DNA of 64,000 bases from Eledone cirrhosa (GCA_964016885.1 OZ024740.1:89280001-89344000); one strand, 5' to 3'. Shown: positions 39,304 to 51,614, counted from the first letter of the stretch. A program made the numbers and translations. Notes: generated from the sequence alone by a model not told the origin.

Positions 39304-42300
39304 TTATATTGACAGAATCTTCCTTAGTATAAGGGCAGTTCCCATTAGTACAATCTTTTGCACCTCTCCTATACGCGGGTTTCCTGGGATTTGCGATAAG
39401 TAATCATTAGACCCCTTAGGTATCATTCCCAGAGCGCCTACAACCACTGGTATTGTTTTAGTTCTCAATTTCCACATTTTTCCAATTTCTATCTACAGGT
39501 CCTTATACTTGCTCAATTTTTCAAATGTTTTTATAGATACATTCTTGTCTATTGGAACATACATATCAATTAGCAGGCATACCCTCTTTTGAAAGTCCTT
39601 CAATATTATATCAGGTCTATTTGCATCTATTTTTCGGTCTGTTTGGATGCTAAAGTTCCACAAGATTGAGATGTGATCTTTTTCATGTATGGGTGGTGGT
39701 TGATGCTCTCACCAATTCTTTTGATGGGGCAGGACAAAATGCTTACACATTATCCAATGTATGTATTGTGCAGCTCTGTCATGCCTGTTTAGGTATTCGG
39801 TTGGAGCTATAGGACTGCACATTGAAATTATATGGTCAATGGTCTCTGGTTGTTTTTTTGCATACACGGCATAATGGGCTGCACCCATTTTTTATTATGT
39901 TGGCTTGGTAATTTTTTGTTGGCAGACACTGATCTTGTGCCGATATAATCAGTCCTTCAGTCTCCGATTTCAGTCCAGAGGATGCCAACCACTGATTGGT
40001 TAAAGTTTTGTCAACATCAGGATTGTTAGCTCGCTCTGGGTATTTTCCATACAGATGCTTTTCTTGCCATTTCTTAGCCAGTTTCTGTAGCAGTTCTTTC
40101 TTTGCAGTTACTTTTACCTGCTTTGATTTTTCTGTGTTTTCCATTTCAGCAGTAAATGGGACTTCTGAAAGTTGTAGTCCATTACTGTATCTTTGTGCAT
40201 CTTTTGTAATGGAATATGATCTTTTGATGCTTTTGTGTTTCAAAACGAGTTTGATCATCCAATCATGTGATTCCCTTAGATATGTAGATAATCCAATTGT
40301 CGCAGTTTTCAACGCAATGTCTAACTGGATTAACCCACGTCCTCCTTCTTTCCTAGGGAGATATATTCTATCTATATCTGCCTTAGGGTGATGCATTCTG
40401 TGCATGGTTAAGAATTTTCGAATTTTTGTATCGAGCCTATGGATCTCTGTGCTTGATCAGTTGATGACATTGTAACTGTAGGTTACTACTGGTATGGCAA
40501 GCGTGTTTATGGCATCGATCCTATTCCTCGCATTCAATTCCGTTCTTAAGATTGCTCTTACTCTGCGGTAACATTCCTTCCTTATCCTTTCCCTCATTGT
40601 CGAGTGCCTGACTCCGTCTCCTTCACAAACACCTAGATATTTGTAAGTTTTTTCTTGATCAAGTTCTCTTATCACGTTCCCCCAATCAAGATTAATGTCT
40701 GAACTCTTGAGCAGCTTTCCTCTGGTGAACGTTGCTTTGGCGCATTTGTCTAGTCCAAACTCCATTTTAATGTCATCACTGAACTGCTTCACAGTGGATA
40801 ATAGCCCTTGCAATTGTTCATCATTTTTTGCAAATAGTTTCAGGTCATCCATGTAGAACAGGTGATTAATGGTTTTGTCATAGACTTTATATCTATGTTT
40901 TGTTTCATTGAGCATTTTACTTAATGGTATAAATGCGATGCAGAATAAAAGCGGTGATAAAGAGTCACCCTGAAAAATTCCACAATTAATATTAACTTCT
41001 CCAGCTTCCAGTGATTTTGTTTCACTATTCAAAAGGAGTGTCGTACTTCATGTCTTCATACTGAATGACAAAAACCTCCTGACAACGGGGGATATTTTGA
41101 AAATCTCTAAACATTTTTCAATCCAACTGTGTGGCAAACTATCGAATGCTTTTTTATAATCTATCCAAGCAATCGATAGATTTTTGTGTCTATTATGACA
41201 ATCTTCCAGTATCATTTTGTTAACCAGAAGCTGATCCTTACAGCCATATGAGCCTCGTTTACACCCTTTCTGCTCAATGGGAAATACGTCATTTGTTATC
41301 AGGTGGTCATATGTGTATTCAGTTAGGACTGATGTTAAAATTTTATACATTGTGGTCAAGCAAGTTATCGGTCTGTAATTTTTGGGATTGTTTGTCTCAT
41401 CATTCTTCGGAAGCAGGAATGTAATGCCGTTAACTAGCCATGATGGTATCTTTTCTGGCTCCTTAACTATTTCATTGTAAAGTTGGGGTAACAGCTCATG
41501 AGACTCTGTGAAGGCATTTATCCAAAAGTTTTGTATTTTGTCTTTTCCTGGGGATTTCCATTTGCTGGTTTTTCTTAGAGCCAAGCGCAACTGTTCAACT
41601 GTTATATTTTCCCATGTTTGTTCCTCAAGGTGAGCTGTATCTTTCATTTGTCTGTCTATCCATGGGCATGTATGTTATGAACTTTTTCTTCGGCCCAGAT
41701 CTTTTCCCAGAATTCTTGCACTTCCTCCTTGGGTGGTATTGATTTAGCAGTTATTGTTGACTTACCAATGTTTCTGTAGAAGTTTCTTTGGTTGTTTTTG
41801 AACATATTATTGTCCTTATAGAATCTAGATCGTTTTTCAAAGCGCCTTATACGAGCAGCTTTGGCCGATACTTTTTGCTTGATTATTTCTATCAGCATGT
41901 CTATGTCACATGTTGATTTTATACTGTACTTTTTTTTCAATTTTCTAAGTTTAGTTTGTTTAACATGTTCACCTACTTTATAGTTTGTTAAAATTTCTAT
42001 GTCAGATCGGAGAAGGTTTATTTGGCGATTAATGTTCTCTTGCCAAGTAGATTTCTTGTGGGAATTCCTTTGTTTTTTTCATCTTCACTCCACATAAGTG
42101 AGTGGTGACTTTAGCCGATGCATAATAGAGATGATTTAAATCAGTAATGTTTAGTTTGTTTGTGATGATAATGTTTTTGAGAATTATGTTAGTCTTGTGT
42201 ATTATCTTTTGGTTCTGTTTGGAGTTCTGGATCTTAGGGAGGGTGTCTCGTTGCCCCATGTCAGATTCTTTCATTTTCATCCATTCGATCATAATTTCAT

Positions 42301-42954
42301 CCTTCAAGTTGGCAAGTTCATTCTCATTCATTTCTTTATCATTTACGATCTCATTATTTTCATTTGGAGTTTCATCCTGAGCATGCACTCCCTCCACTTT
42401 TTCGATCCTTTCTTTAATTTGTTCTGTTGCCAGTGATTCCGACCAACCCTGGGATTCGAAGTGTTATAGTTTACCTCGTTTTCACTGACACATGTTTCAT
42501 TTTCCCTTCGCTGACTTTGTGCTAATAGCTTGATCTAATCAATTTCTATATCAGTTAGTAACTTTTTTCTTACAATATTTCTTCGTATATTGGCTAGTTT
42601 GTTACTGTCAATATAGCCTCTGTTTTCGGGATGTTTCTTTTTCCAGTTGATATATGTCTGTTCTGTATTTGATGTATTTGATGGGTAGTACATGGCAGTG
42701 TAGAAAGCCTCAAGGACTTCTTTATTATCTTCCCTTGACCATTTTACTGTCTTTTTCTTTGGATTTCTTGGTGGTGAGCATAGAGGGCCAACAGTAGGAG
42801 TATTCCGGTTATGGGAGGTCTCCAGCTCGGAAGTGATGGGAAGGTTTGAACCATTAGCTGATTTTTCGACCCCAGTCGGGTTCCTCTCTGAGGGACGCGG
42901 CCCTTTTTTACCCGGGTGACGGCAGATCCGGTATGAGATTTTATCATTAGACAT
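39304..42954 (-). pseudogene. Disrupted Dong/R4 ORF (RT, CCHC, RLE)
   Basis: WKSPGKD, NYRPITCL, IDYKKAFD, QGDSLSP, FYMDD, CRVCK..HIISMC, RHD, RPDI; several stops and frameshifts. Confidence 0.9.
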
Positions 42955-43202
42955 TTACTTTATTTTGTCGCGTTTTATCCTTATCCGCCAAGGGGTAATC
43001 ATTTCGTGTTACCACTTCTAGAACGAGTGTCAACCAAGACTAGAGGGGTCGTTCTCCCCTAGAGACACGGCTATTCCCCACCGGCCGCCATCCCGGTATT
43101 TCTTGGTCACGGGGTTTTTTTTTGTTGTTTTTTTTAAATTGTTATTATCATGAGTGGTTCCTTAATGTGAGCATTGCGTGGCTTAAGAATGAAATTATTA
43201 AT

Positions 43203-43250
43203 AATTGTCTCCACTCCAGGCACAAGGCCAGCAATCACCCAGTGCATTAC
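43203..43250 (-). mobile_element. SINE 3'-end fragment
   Basis: GGCACAAGGCCAGCAATCACCCAGTGCATTAC. Confidence 0.7.
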
Positions 43251-44094
43251 AATAATATAATATACTTTTTGTTGTAGTTGGCTGTTATTGTTGTTGGCTA
43301 TGTCGGTGGTGGTGCCGGGGCTTTTTATATTGTTGGTGAGGAAGGGGTGAGCCAGCAGTCCCATAGTTGCTGATGTTGACGTTTGGCCGGTGGCCAGGTC
43401 ACTAAGTCAATCTATTTATATCTTTTGCTAGCCTCTCCCTTGTCTAGTGATACCGCCACCTTCCCCTTTCTCTCTCAAGTTAACAGGGGAATAGTGGTGG
43501 TAGCATTGAAGGAGTGATGGCGGCGACGATGGGATAGTGGTAGCAATGATGGATGGGGTGGGGTGGTGGCAGGGTGGCGTTCTGGTTACTGATATGTAGT
43601 ATCTATGAGTTTGTGTTCGTATGTTTAATATATATTTTTGTTATATGTTGTGTTGACATATTCCCGTAAAATTGGAATTAAACATTTTTTTTTTTAAATT
43701 TGAGACAATAATAATAGTAATTATTATTATGATGCTGGTGAAATTGCCGTTATCTGGCTGTTATATTTAGTGTGATGGGATAGGTAGTGTATCATGTTTC
43801 TGGTGTTGGTGAAATTGCTGTTATTTGGCTGTTCTATATAGTGTAGACAGAGGGTGTTTATTTCCCATTTATAACCATTTTCTTTTTTTGAATACAAAAT
43901 ATATAATACAAAATTGAATATTTGAGCGATACAACAATATAATATGGATCCGAAACTTTATTGGACCTGATTCGGTGGTTTATGCAACATTTGTGCTAAG
44001 AATTGTTATTTCACAATTGATTTAAATATGTTAAAAATCAAAAACTTACGGGAGCGATTTCATGACCTTCTACCACCTCGTGCGTCTTCTTCCC

Positions 44095-44136
<42 letters not shown>

Positions 44137-44239
44137 TTATTATTATTATTATTGTTATTGTTATTCCTTGAATCTCAGTCATTGATGTTGGTTAACTGGA
44201 AAGTCCGTTGGATTGAATATCAAGCCACTACCTGCAGCC

Positions 44240-47200
44240 TCAGATATTCAGGACGTATCGGAGGGTTCTTGCCGTTCCAAGCAAGCATGCCTTTTGAAGC
44301 GTTCCAAAAAGCGTGAAGGGGCCGATTTTCTTTAACCATCCCTGGAAACCTTTGGAGATAGTCCCCAGTGCGCCTATGACAATCGGGATCACTTTGACTT
44401 CATGGCAGTTCCAAATCCTTTTCACCTCCCACTTTAGGTCCTGGTATCGGTTAATTTTCTCCCTCTCCTTCTCTTGCACTCTCGTGTCGAACGGGCAGGC
44501 CACATCCACAATCAGGCACGATCTTTTTTCTTTGTCCACAACCACCAGGTCAGGTCTATTGTGTTCCAGTTTTTTGTCCGTCTGCATCCTAAAATCCCAC
44601 AGCACCTTCACCTGACTGTTCTCCATCACCGCCTCTGGCCTATGCTCATACCATTTCTCAGAATGTGGTAGATTGTTTACTTTGCACAGGTGCCAGTGGA
44701 TCACCCTGCCCATCACATCGTGTCTCCAGCCCTTATAGTGGGTCTGGGCTAGGTGTTTACACTCGGACACAATGTGAGCCACAGTCTCCTCTCTCTCTCC
44801 ACAGATCCTGCACAGTGGGCTAGCCTCCTCCTTGTAGATATGGTGCTTCAACCACTTCGTTTTGAGGGCCTGCTCCTGCGCAGCCATTAGCATTCCTTCT
44901 GTAGCCTTTTTGAGGTCTCCTCTTCTCAACCAGTTCCATGTCTGTGGATCTCTAAATTCAGTTTTCTCAAAGAAGGTACTATGAAGGGATTTTCCCTTAA
45001 GGCTGCTCTTCCTCCTTGATGTTATTTCCTCCTTGGGTATCCCCTGGCCTACTGTCCCCTCCTTCAGTACAGCTCTGAGCATTGGCTCCTTACTATAGGT
45101 CACGTATTTGTATAGGTTGTTTTTCTCCATCTGAACACAGTCCTCTATGCTGATAAGACCTCTTCCACCCTCAGATCTCCTTAGGTAGAGTCTATCGACA
45201 TCACTCCTCTTGTGGAACATGTTGTAGATAGTCAATAGCTTCCTAGTCTTCCTATCCATTTCTTTTTGTTCAGCAACATTCCATCTCAGAATTCCCGCAC
45301 TGTACCTAATAATAGACACAGCTCGGGAATTTACTGCGCTTATGGCATTTCTGCTGTTCAGATGTGACTTCAATACGCTCCTTACTCTCCGAATGTATTC
45401 AGTTCTTAACAATTCCTTCATTTTTTTGTTCTTTATGCCATCAGCCTCCAGAACGCCCAAATACTTGTATCCTTCCTCAGAGTCAATTTCCTTTATCATC
45501 TCACCTGTTGGTATCTGGATCCCGTTACTTCTACTCAACCTACCCCTCCTCATCACAATGACTCCACATTTACCAATACCAAACTGCATACATATATCAC
45601 TGCTGAAAATACGGACAGTGTCAACAAGCACATCCAACTCCTTCTCACTTTTCCCGAAGAGCTTAAGATCGTCCATGAAGAGGAGGTGATTGATGGTAAG
45701 CTCTCCCCTTCCCAACTTGTATCCTGCTCTCACTTTTCGCAGCATAATGGTCAAGGGCATCGGGGCAAGGACAAACAACAGAGGGGACAGGCTATCTCCC
45801 TGGAAGATACCTCTCTTGATCTTCACGCTTCCCAAGGATACTCCAGTTGATGTCAACTCTGTCTCCCAGGACCCCATACTCCTGCCCAGCAACTGTCTGA
45901 TGTTATCTGCCACCCTGAAAATCTCCAGGCTTTTGGTGATCCAGGAATGAGGCACCATGTCAAATGCCTTTCTGTAGTCTATCCATCCCATGGCAAGATC
46001 AGTGTGTCTCCTCCTGCAATTCCCCATTACCATCTTATCAATAAGCAACTGGTCCTTTGTACCACGTGACTTCTTTCGGCATCCTTTCTGTTCGTCCGGC
46101 AACAAGTTGTTTGTGTGGAGGTGATGGTAGATTTCCTCAGACACAATGCTCGTCAACAGTTTCCACATTACGGGCAGACATGTGATAGGTCTATAGTTGG
46201 TAACATCATTACCCTTGATTCGGTCTTTCATTATCAGAACTGTGGTACCTTTTGTCAACCACTCTGGCACCTCACCCGACACCAAGCAGTCATTGAACAT
46301 GGCCGTCAGCTTCGGGTGGAGGGATGTTAAATGTTTAATCCAATACCCCTGCACACCATCTGGGCCTGGTGATTTCCAGTTGGTTAGTTTTTTGGCTTGC
46401 CCCTTAAGAGTTTCAACTGTGATACTCAAATCAGTCTGTTGCTGTGCCTGCTCACCGATCTCCCTCTGTACTGTCTCAATCCACCCTGCCTGGGCATTGT
46501 GTCTAACATCCTGCTCCCATATTCCTCTCCAGAATGTTTTAGCTTGTTCCGCCCCAGGGATCAAGTCGGTGCCTCTTTCTTTCCCCTCAAGCTGTCCAAA
46601 CAGCATCTTCTGGTTGTTGTCGAACATGCGGTTCTGTTTATACTGACTGACTCTGTTCTCGTATCGCCTGATTTTGGCACTCTTTGCTACAATGCGTTGC
46701 TTCAATTCCTCTATGATAATATTTAGCTTTTTACTCCTAGTTTTGTATTTTATTTCCAGTCTATTTTTAGTGCCTATGTTTTTTAGTGTCCCATTCAGTA
46801 GTGACTCAAGCTTTCCTATGTCATTTCTCATTTCCCCGATTTGCCCATTCAGTCGCTTCTTCCACCACGGCTCTGCTCTTTCTTGTCTGTTGTTTCCTCT
46901 CGCTTTTATACCAAGTAGTTTCCTCACCGTATTTGCTGTTGCTTTGAGGATATTGTTGCACTGGTGAAGACTCCTCGCCTCAAGGTATGGGATGACTTTG
47001 TTTACCTTAGCTGTTGTTTCTTTTAACTTTTTCCTGTCTACAAATCTTAGGTTCATAGGTCTCCCACTATCATTGTTCAACTCATCTACCACTAAATTTA
47101 GGATGTCAACCGAATCTTGTCCTAGCCCGTCAGCATTCATCTCCTCAGTGGCCGTATCTCTGTTCCAGGTATTATTTATCTCAGTATTCAGATCATTGTC

Positions 47201-47632
47201 TGCTTCGGGTGGTTCCTCCGCTCTCAGGACCTCCTCACCTTCATTTCCCGCCGGCTCGCTTGTCTGGCATACTACACCCGCCATCTCCAAGCCATTCTCT
47301 CTGCTCAGTTCCTCCAGTTCCAGCTCGCTTATCCACCCATTAGTTCTTATTACCCGAGCCTGCCCGGCCAATTTTTGTTCATCTAATTTAAATAAACCAA
47401 TCTCGTTCCAGATGTTATGCATCCGTCTCCTGTAGCCCCTCTCCTTGGGGTTACTTTTCAGGTAGCATTGCATAACAGTTCTATTCAATTCTTTCGTCCA
47501 GTTGGTTCTGGCCCCTTTCCTTCTTCTTCTTCCTCCAACATCAGCAGTATTTCGTTGACAGTCAGGTTCCTGCTGCTGAGCCAGGGGGCACCTGTTGGGT
47601 GAGAGTCTGTCACATGACGTTCTAGTCTCCAT
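44240..47632 (-). CDS. Intact 1130-aa RT and restriction-like endonuclease (Dong/R4)
   Basis: N-terminal WTKELN..CY..RGYRRRM..W; QGDSLSPLLF, LFMDD, CRIC..HIVSEC, RHD, RPD..D..K. Confidence 0.95.
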   Translation of the reverse strand: METRTSCDRLSPNRCPLAQQQEPDCQRNTADVGGRRRRKGARTNWTKELNRTVMQCYLKSNPKERGYRRRMHNIWNEIGLFKLDEQKLAGQARVIRTNGWISELELEELSRENGLEMAGVVCQTSEPAGNEGEEVLRAEEPPEADNDLNTEINNTWNRDTATEEMNADGLGQDSVDILNLVVDELNNDSGRPMNLRFVDRKKLKETTAKVNKVIPYLEARSLHQCNNILKATANTVRKLLGIKARGNNRQERAEPWWKKRLNGQIGEMRNDIGKLESLLNGTLKNIGTKNRLEIKYKTRSKKLNIIIEELKQRIVAKSAKIRRYENRVSQYKQNRMFDNNQKMLFGQLEGKERGTDLIPGAEQAKTFWRGIWEQDVRHNAQAGWIETVQREIGEQAQQQTDLSITVETLKGQAKKLTNWKSPGPDGVQGYWIKHLTSLHPKLTAMFNDCLVSGEVPEWLTKGTTVLIMKDRIKGNDVTNYRPITCLPVMWKLLTSIVSEEIYHHLHTNNLLPDEQKGCRKKSRGTKDQLLIDKMVMGNCRRRHTDLAMGWIDYRKAFDMVPHSWITKSLEIFRVADNIRQLLGRSMGSWETELTSTGVSLGSVKIKRGIFQGDSLSPLLFVLAPMPLTIMLRKVRAGYKLGRGELTINHLLFMDDLKLFGKSEKELDVLVDTVRIFSSDICMQFGIGKCGVIVMRRGRLSRSNGIQIPTGEMIKEIDSEEGYKYLGVLEADGIKNKKMKELLRTEYIRRVRSVLKSHLNSRNAISAVNSRAVSIIRYSAGILRWNVAEQKEMDRKTRKLLTIYNMFHKRSDVDRLYLRRSEGGRGLISIEDCVQMEKNNLYKYVTYSKEPMLRAVLKEGTVGQGIPKEEITSRRKSSLKGKSLHSTFFEKTEFRDPQTWNWLRRGDLKKATEGMLMAAQEQALKTKWLKHHIYKEEASPLCRICGEREETVAHIVSECKHLAQTHYKGWRHDVMGRVIHWHLCKVNNLPHSEKWYEHRPEAVMENSQVKVLWDFRMQTDKKLEHNRPDLVVVDKEKRSCLIVDVACPFDTRVQEKEREKINRYQDLKWEVKRIWNCHEVKVIPIVIGALGTISKGFQGWLKKIGPFTLFGTLQKACLLGTARTLRYVLNI

Positions 47633-48201
47633 TTCACCGTTATTCGAACTGTTTATGTTCGATATTTAAACACTCTTATCGAGGATTGGCGAATGTATGT
47701 TTACATAGCCATCTGTGGATCCGCCATCCCACTTGGCCCTTGTGTGGCATTATCACCACGCTGTATACGGACACACATAAACAAACAAACACACGGGCAG
47801 AAAGGGCCCCAAAAATGAATAAGCATAAGTTTCATTGTAATGTAATATTCGAATGTCTGACTTAGTTTTTGTTTTTTAAGTTTTACTTTTTCCCCCCTCT
47901 TCTCTGTCCGTCCGCCTGCTTCTCTCTTCATTCTTATTTTCTTTTCGTTTTGGGGGTTTCTTTTTTTGTTTTTGTTTTTCTCTGTTTTTCTCGTTTTTTA
48001 CTGTTGTTGCTGTGCTGCTTTTGTTGTTTGTTTTTTCTTTTTTCTTTTGAGTCTATCTATATATTTTGATGCCTTCCTCTTTGTTAGTAGTAGGAATTCT
48101 ATAATGTGGAAGTGGTAGCCAGCAGAGACTAGCGGCGTTGGCGATACTGAGACAGTGGTGGCGGTGATGTCGATACCGAGGCAGTGGTGGCGGTGATGCG
48201 A

Positions 48202-48848
48202 CCGTATTACTGTAGTGATGGTGCTGTAGCGGTGGCAGCAGCAGTGAAGGAGTCAGGGGGTGGTGGCGGCGGTGATGGGACAGTGGTGGTAATGATGGCC
48301 GTAGTGAGCGGTGGCGGTGAAGGTGAAAATGCTGTTGTGTTTAGTGTACACAGATGATGGGGTGGGTGGTGTATCTAGTTTCTGGTGTTGGTGAGTTTCG
48401 CTGTCCTATATAGTGTAGCCAGAGGAGAGGAGGGGGGGGGGGGTTCTTCTTCTTCCATTTATAGCCATTTTATTTATTTTTTTTTTGGATATACAGTGTA
48501 CAATACAAAGTTGAATATTTGAATATTTGAGCCGTATTACTGTAGTGATGGTGCTGTAGCGGTGGCAGCAGCAGTGAAGGAGTCAAGGGGTGGTGGCGGC
48601 GGTGATGGGATAGTGGTGGTAATGATGGCCGTAGTGAGCGGTGGCGGTGAAGGTGAAAATGCAGTTGTGTTTAGTGTACACAGATGATGGGGTGGGCGGT
48701 GTATCTAGTTTCTGGTGTTGGTGAGTTTAGCTGTCCTATATAGTGTAGCCAGAGGAGAGGAGGGGGGGTTCTTCTTCTTCCATTTATAGCCATTTTTTTT
48801 TGGATATACAGTGTACAATACAAAGTTGAATATTTGAATATTTGAGCC
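48202..48848. repeat. About 330-bp tandem duplication in the Dong B 5' leader
   Basis: CCGTATTACTGTAGTGATGG at 48202 and 48532. Confidence 0.9.
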
Positions 48849-49013
48849 TTATAACAATATATTTTGGGTCCGAATTTTTTGGGGCTCAAGCCGGGTGCTT
48901 TACGTAGCATTTGTACTAAGAGTTGTTATTTCACAAATGATTTAAATATGTTAAAAATTCAAAACTTACGGGAGCGATTTCATGACCTCCGTCACCTCGT
49001 GCGTCTTCTTCCC

Positions 49014-49100
<87 letters not shown>

Positions 49101-49101
<1 letters not shown>

Positions 49102-49143
49102 GTCAGCCCTTGTGGCCAATAAAGAAATCATTATTATTATTAT
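49101..49143 (+). mobile_element. 29-bp Tx1 3' stub plus (TTA)n
   Basis: TGTCAGCCCTTGTGGCCAATAAAGAAATC embedded in (TTA)n. Confidence 0.75.
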
Positions 49144-49355
49144 GATGCAACTAAACAAAATTATGCATATCCGCAATTGACATTGCATATTATGCTAGAA
49201 CCGATATATTAAATGCGGAAACATCCACTTTGTAAATAAATTAATGCTTTGACATTACACTGAAAGAATCTCTTCAGCATTTTCAACTGAACACATATTT
49301 TCCATTTCTACCATTTGTTTTTATATTTTTCAACTCATGTGTTACATTTCTACGT

Positions 49356-49387
<32 letters not shown>

Positions 49388-49391
<4 letters not shown>

Positions 49392-49574
49392 AAAAAGTAT
49401 GACTCCGACGGCAGAGCTCAAGCCGTTTTAACGGCTAATTCCATCCAGAAATAGCCGTCGAAACGGTTTCAGCTCTGCGGTCGGGGTCATACTTTTTCCT
49501 ATTTCCAACTCCACTACCCTAAGTACTCTGGTGCATTATGGTCCATCTGGTTCCTTACCACAATTCCTTCGTTA
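49388..49574 (+). mobile_element. Second copy of the (TA)n-flanked palindromic element
   Basis: Reverse-complement homolog of 20202-20394. Confidence 0.85.
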
Positions 49575-49604
49575 TATATATATACATGTGTGTGCGTACG
49601 TGCA

Positions 49605-49673
<69 letters not shown>

Positions 49674-50615
49674 CACCTTCACCACTAATTGGTTGACCAA
49701 GGGTTTAGCTTAATTGTTTTAATTATTTTTGAAAAAAAATTAATCTTTCGCCTAGATTTCAAGAAATTTTTGAAACCAACATGTTGGCCCCTAAAATACT
49801 ACAGTGGGCACTGTGATGCTAGTGTCGGCACTTGCAATGCCACCGTGGGCCTCCAGGAGCCTACTTTTCATTGAGCAACCTGGCCAGTCCGCCACTGTGC
49901 TTAGGTATATAATAGTGTGCGGTTATATATATATATATATACATATATATATAGCCGCACAATATTATATATCTATTGACTCATTGAACGCTTGCCACAC
50001 ATCTCGGATGTTGTTTTTTGTTAATTCCTAAGCCGAAATGCGATTCTCGCTAATTTATATTTGCATATATATATATATAAATGTAAGTATGTATACGTAC
50101 ATACATATATGTATACAGACGTACAGTAGTATGTATATATATAGATACATGCACACATACATATATGTACGTATGGGTTTACCGAATATTTATTATAATG
50201 TTCGGTTTGTTTGTAAACAAACAGCCCGAATTACGCCGTACAGTGTTCGGCAACCATCGGTGCCTTTTTGTTCAACACTGACACAGGAGCGATGTACTAG
50301 TTTCAAGCATATTAGCTATCGTACGCATCGTATACCTTCCTGTGAGATGGTTGAACGTTTGAAAGAATATACATTCCTTATGCATATTAACGGCTGACCA
50401 ACCTAATTTGCTAAGGATAAACGGAAAAAATGAAAATTCATTTCTCACTCAGCCGTAGTAAGAGTGAGAAATGTAATTTCATTTTTTTCATTTATCGTTT
50501 TCAGTACGCCCGTACGACTAACTCACTCGATATGCAAATTAGGCTGCTCAGCCGTTATTATGCATAAGGAAAGTATTTACCTTCAAACGTTCAGTCATCT
50601 TACAGGAAGGTATAA

Positions 50616-50654
50616 GATGCTGACGATAGCTTATATGCTTGAAACTAGTACATC
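50616..50654 (+). ncRNA. Minimal type I hammerhead (39 nt)
   Basis: GATG-CTGACGA-T AGC TTATAT GCT T-GAAA-CTAG-TA-CATC. GUA cleavage triplet. Confidence 0.82.
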
Positions 50655-51103
50655 GCTCCTGTGTCAGTGTTGAAAAAAAGGAGACGATGGTTGCCGAACA
50701 CTGTACGGCGTAATTCAGCCTGTTTGTTTACAACCAAACCGAACATTATAATAAATGTTCGGTAAACCTATACGTACATATATATATATATGTGCGCATG
50801 TATGTATAAATATACATACTACTGTACGTCTGTATACATATATGTTAGTAAGTATACAAACTTACATTTAAGTATCAGCCATACTAAGGGTGAGAAATGA
50901 AATTTCGTTTCACTCCTTTCCACATGTATATTATGTATATTATATACAGTATATATATATATATATATTCATAAATGGAAAAGAATGAAACGAAATTTCA
51001 TTTCTCACTCTTAGTACGACTGATACTTAAATGTAAGTATGTATACGTACATACATATATGTATACATACGTACAGTAGTATGTATATATATATACACAC
51101 ATG

Positions 51104-51181
<78 letters not shown>

Positions 51182-51301
51182 CGTTTCGGTTTACCGAACA
51201 TTTATTATAATGTTCGGTTTGTTTGTAAACAAACATCCCGAATTACGCCGTACAGTGTTCGGCAACCATCGTCGTCTTTTTGTTCAACACTGCCACAGAA
51301 G

Positions 51302-51342
51302 CGATGTACTATTTTCAAGCCACTTATCTATCGTCAGCATCG
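51302..51342 (-). ncRNA. Minimal hammerhead copy, core intact but stems mutated; a third copy at 50290-50330 has a CGUACGA core
   Basis: CGATG-CTGACGA-..-GAAA-ATAG-TA-CATCG. Confidence 0.6.
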
Positions 51343-51500
51343 TATACCATCCTGTCAGATGATTGAACGTTTGAAACGTACTTCCATTATGCATATTAAC
51401 GGCTGAGCAGCCTATTTTTGCATATCGAGTGAGTTAGTTGGCCGGGCGTACCGTAAAAGGATGAATGGAAAAAATGAAATTTCATTTTTACCATTTCTCG

Positions 51501-51612
<112 letters not shown>

Positions 51613-51614
51613 GC

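Larger units (their letters stand above)
39222..44094 (-). mobile_element. Dong/R4-clade non-LTR element A (degenerate) including a 5' leader module
   Basis: RT/RLE ORF remnants with (TAA)n at both ends. Confidence 0.88.
44165..49013 (-). mobile_element. Dong/R4-clade non-LTR element B, full length and apparently intact
   Basis: (TAA)n on both sides, 1.38-kb 5' region, single ORF, about 75-bp 3' UTR. Confidence 0.92.
50078..51500. mobile_element. Three alternating-orientation copies of an approximately 400-bp hammerhead-containing unit
   Basis: 50078-50450 (hammerhead on -), 50460-50920 (on +), 50975-51500 (on -). Confidence 0.85.

Noticed and set aside
42960-43115. HDV-like ribozyme in the Dong A or B ORF-proximal UTR
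   Set aside because: Hairpins are present but no double pseudoknot was found by eye; a descriptor search would settle it.
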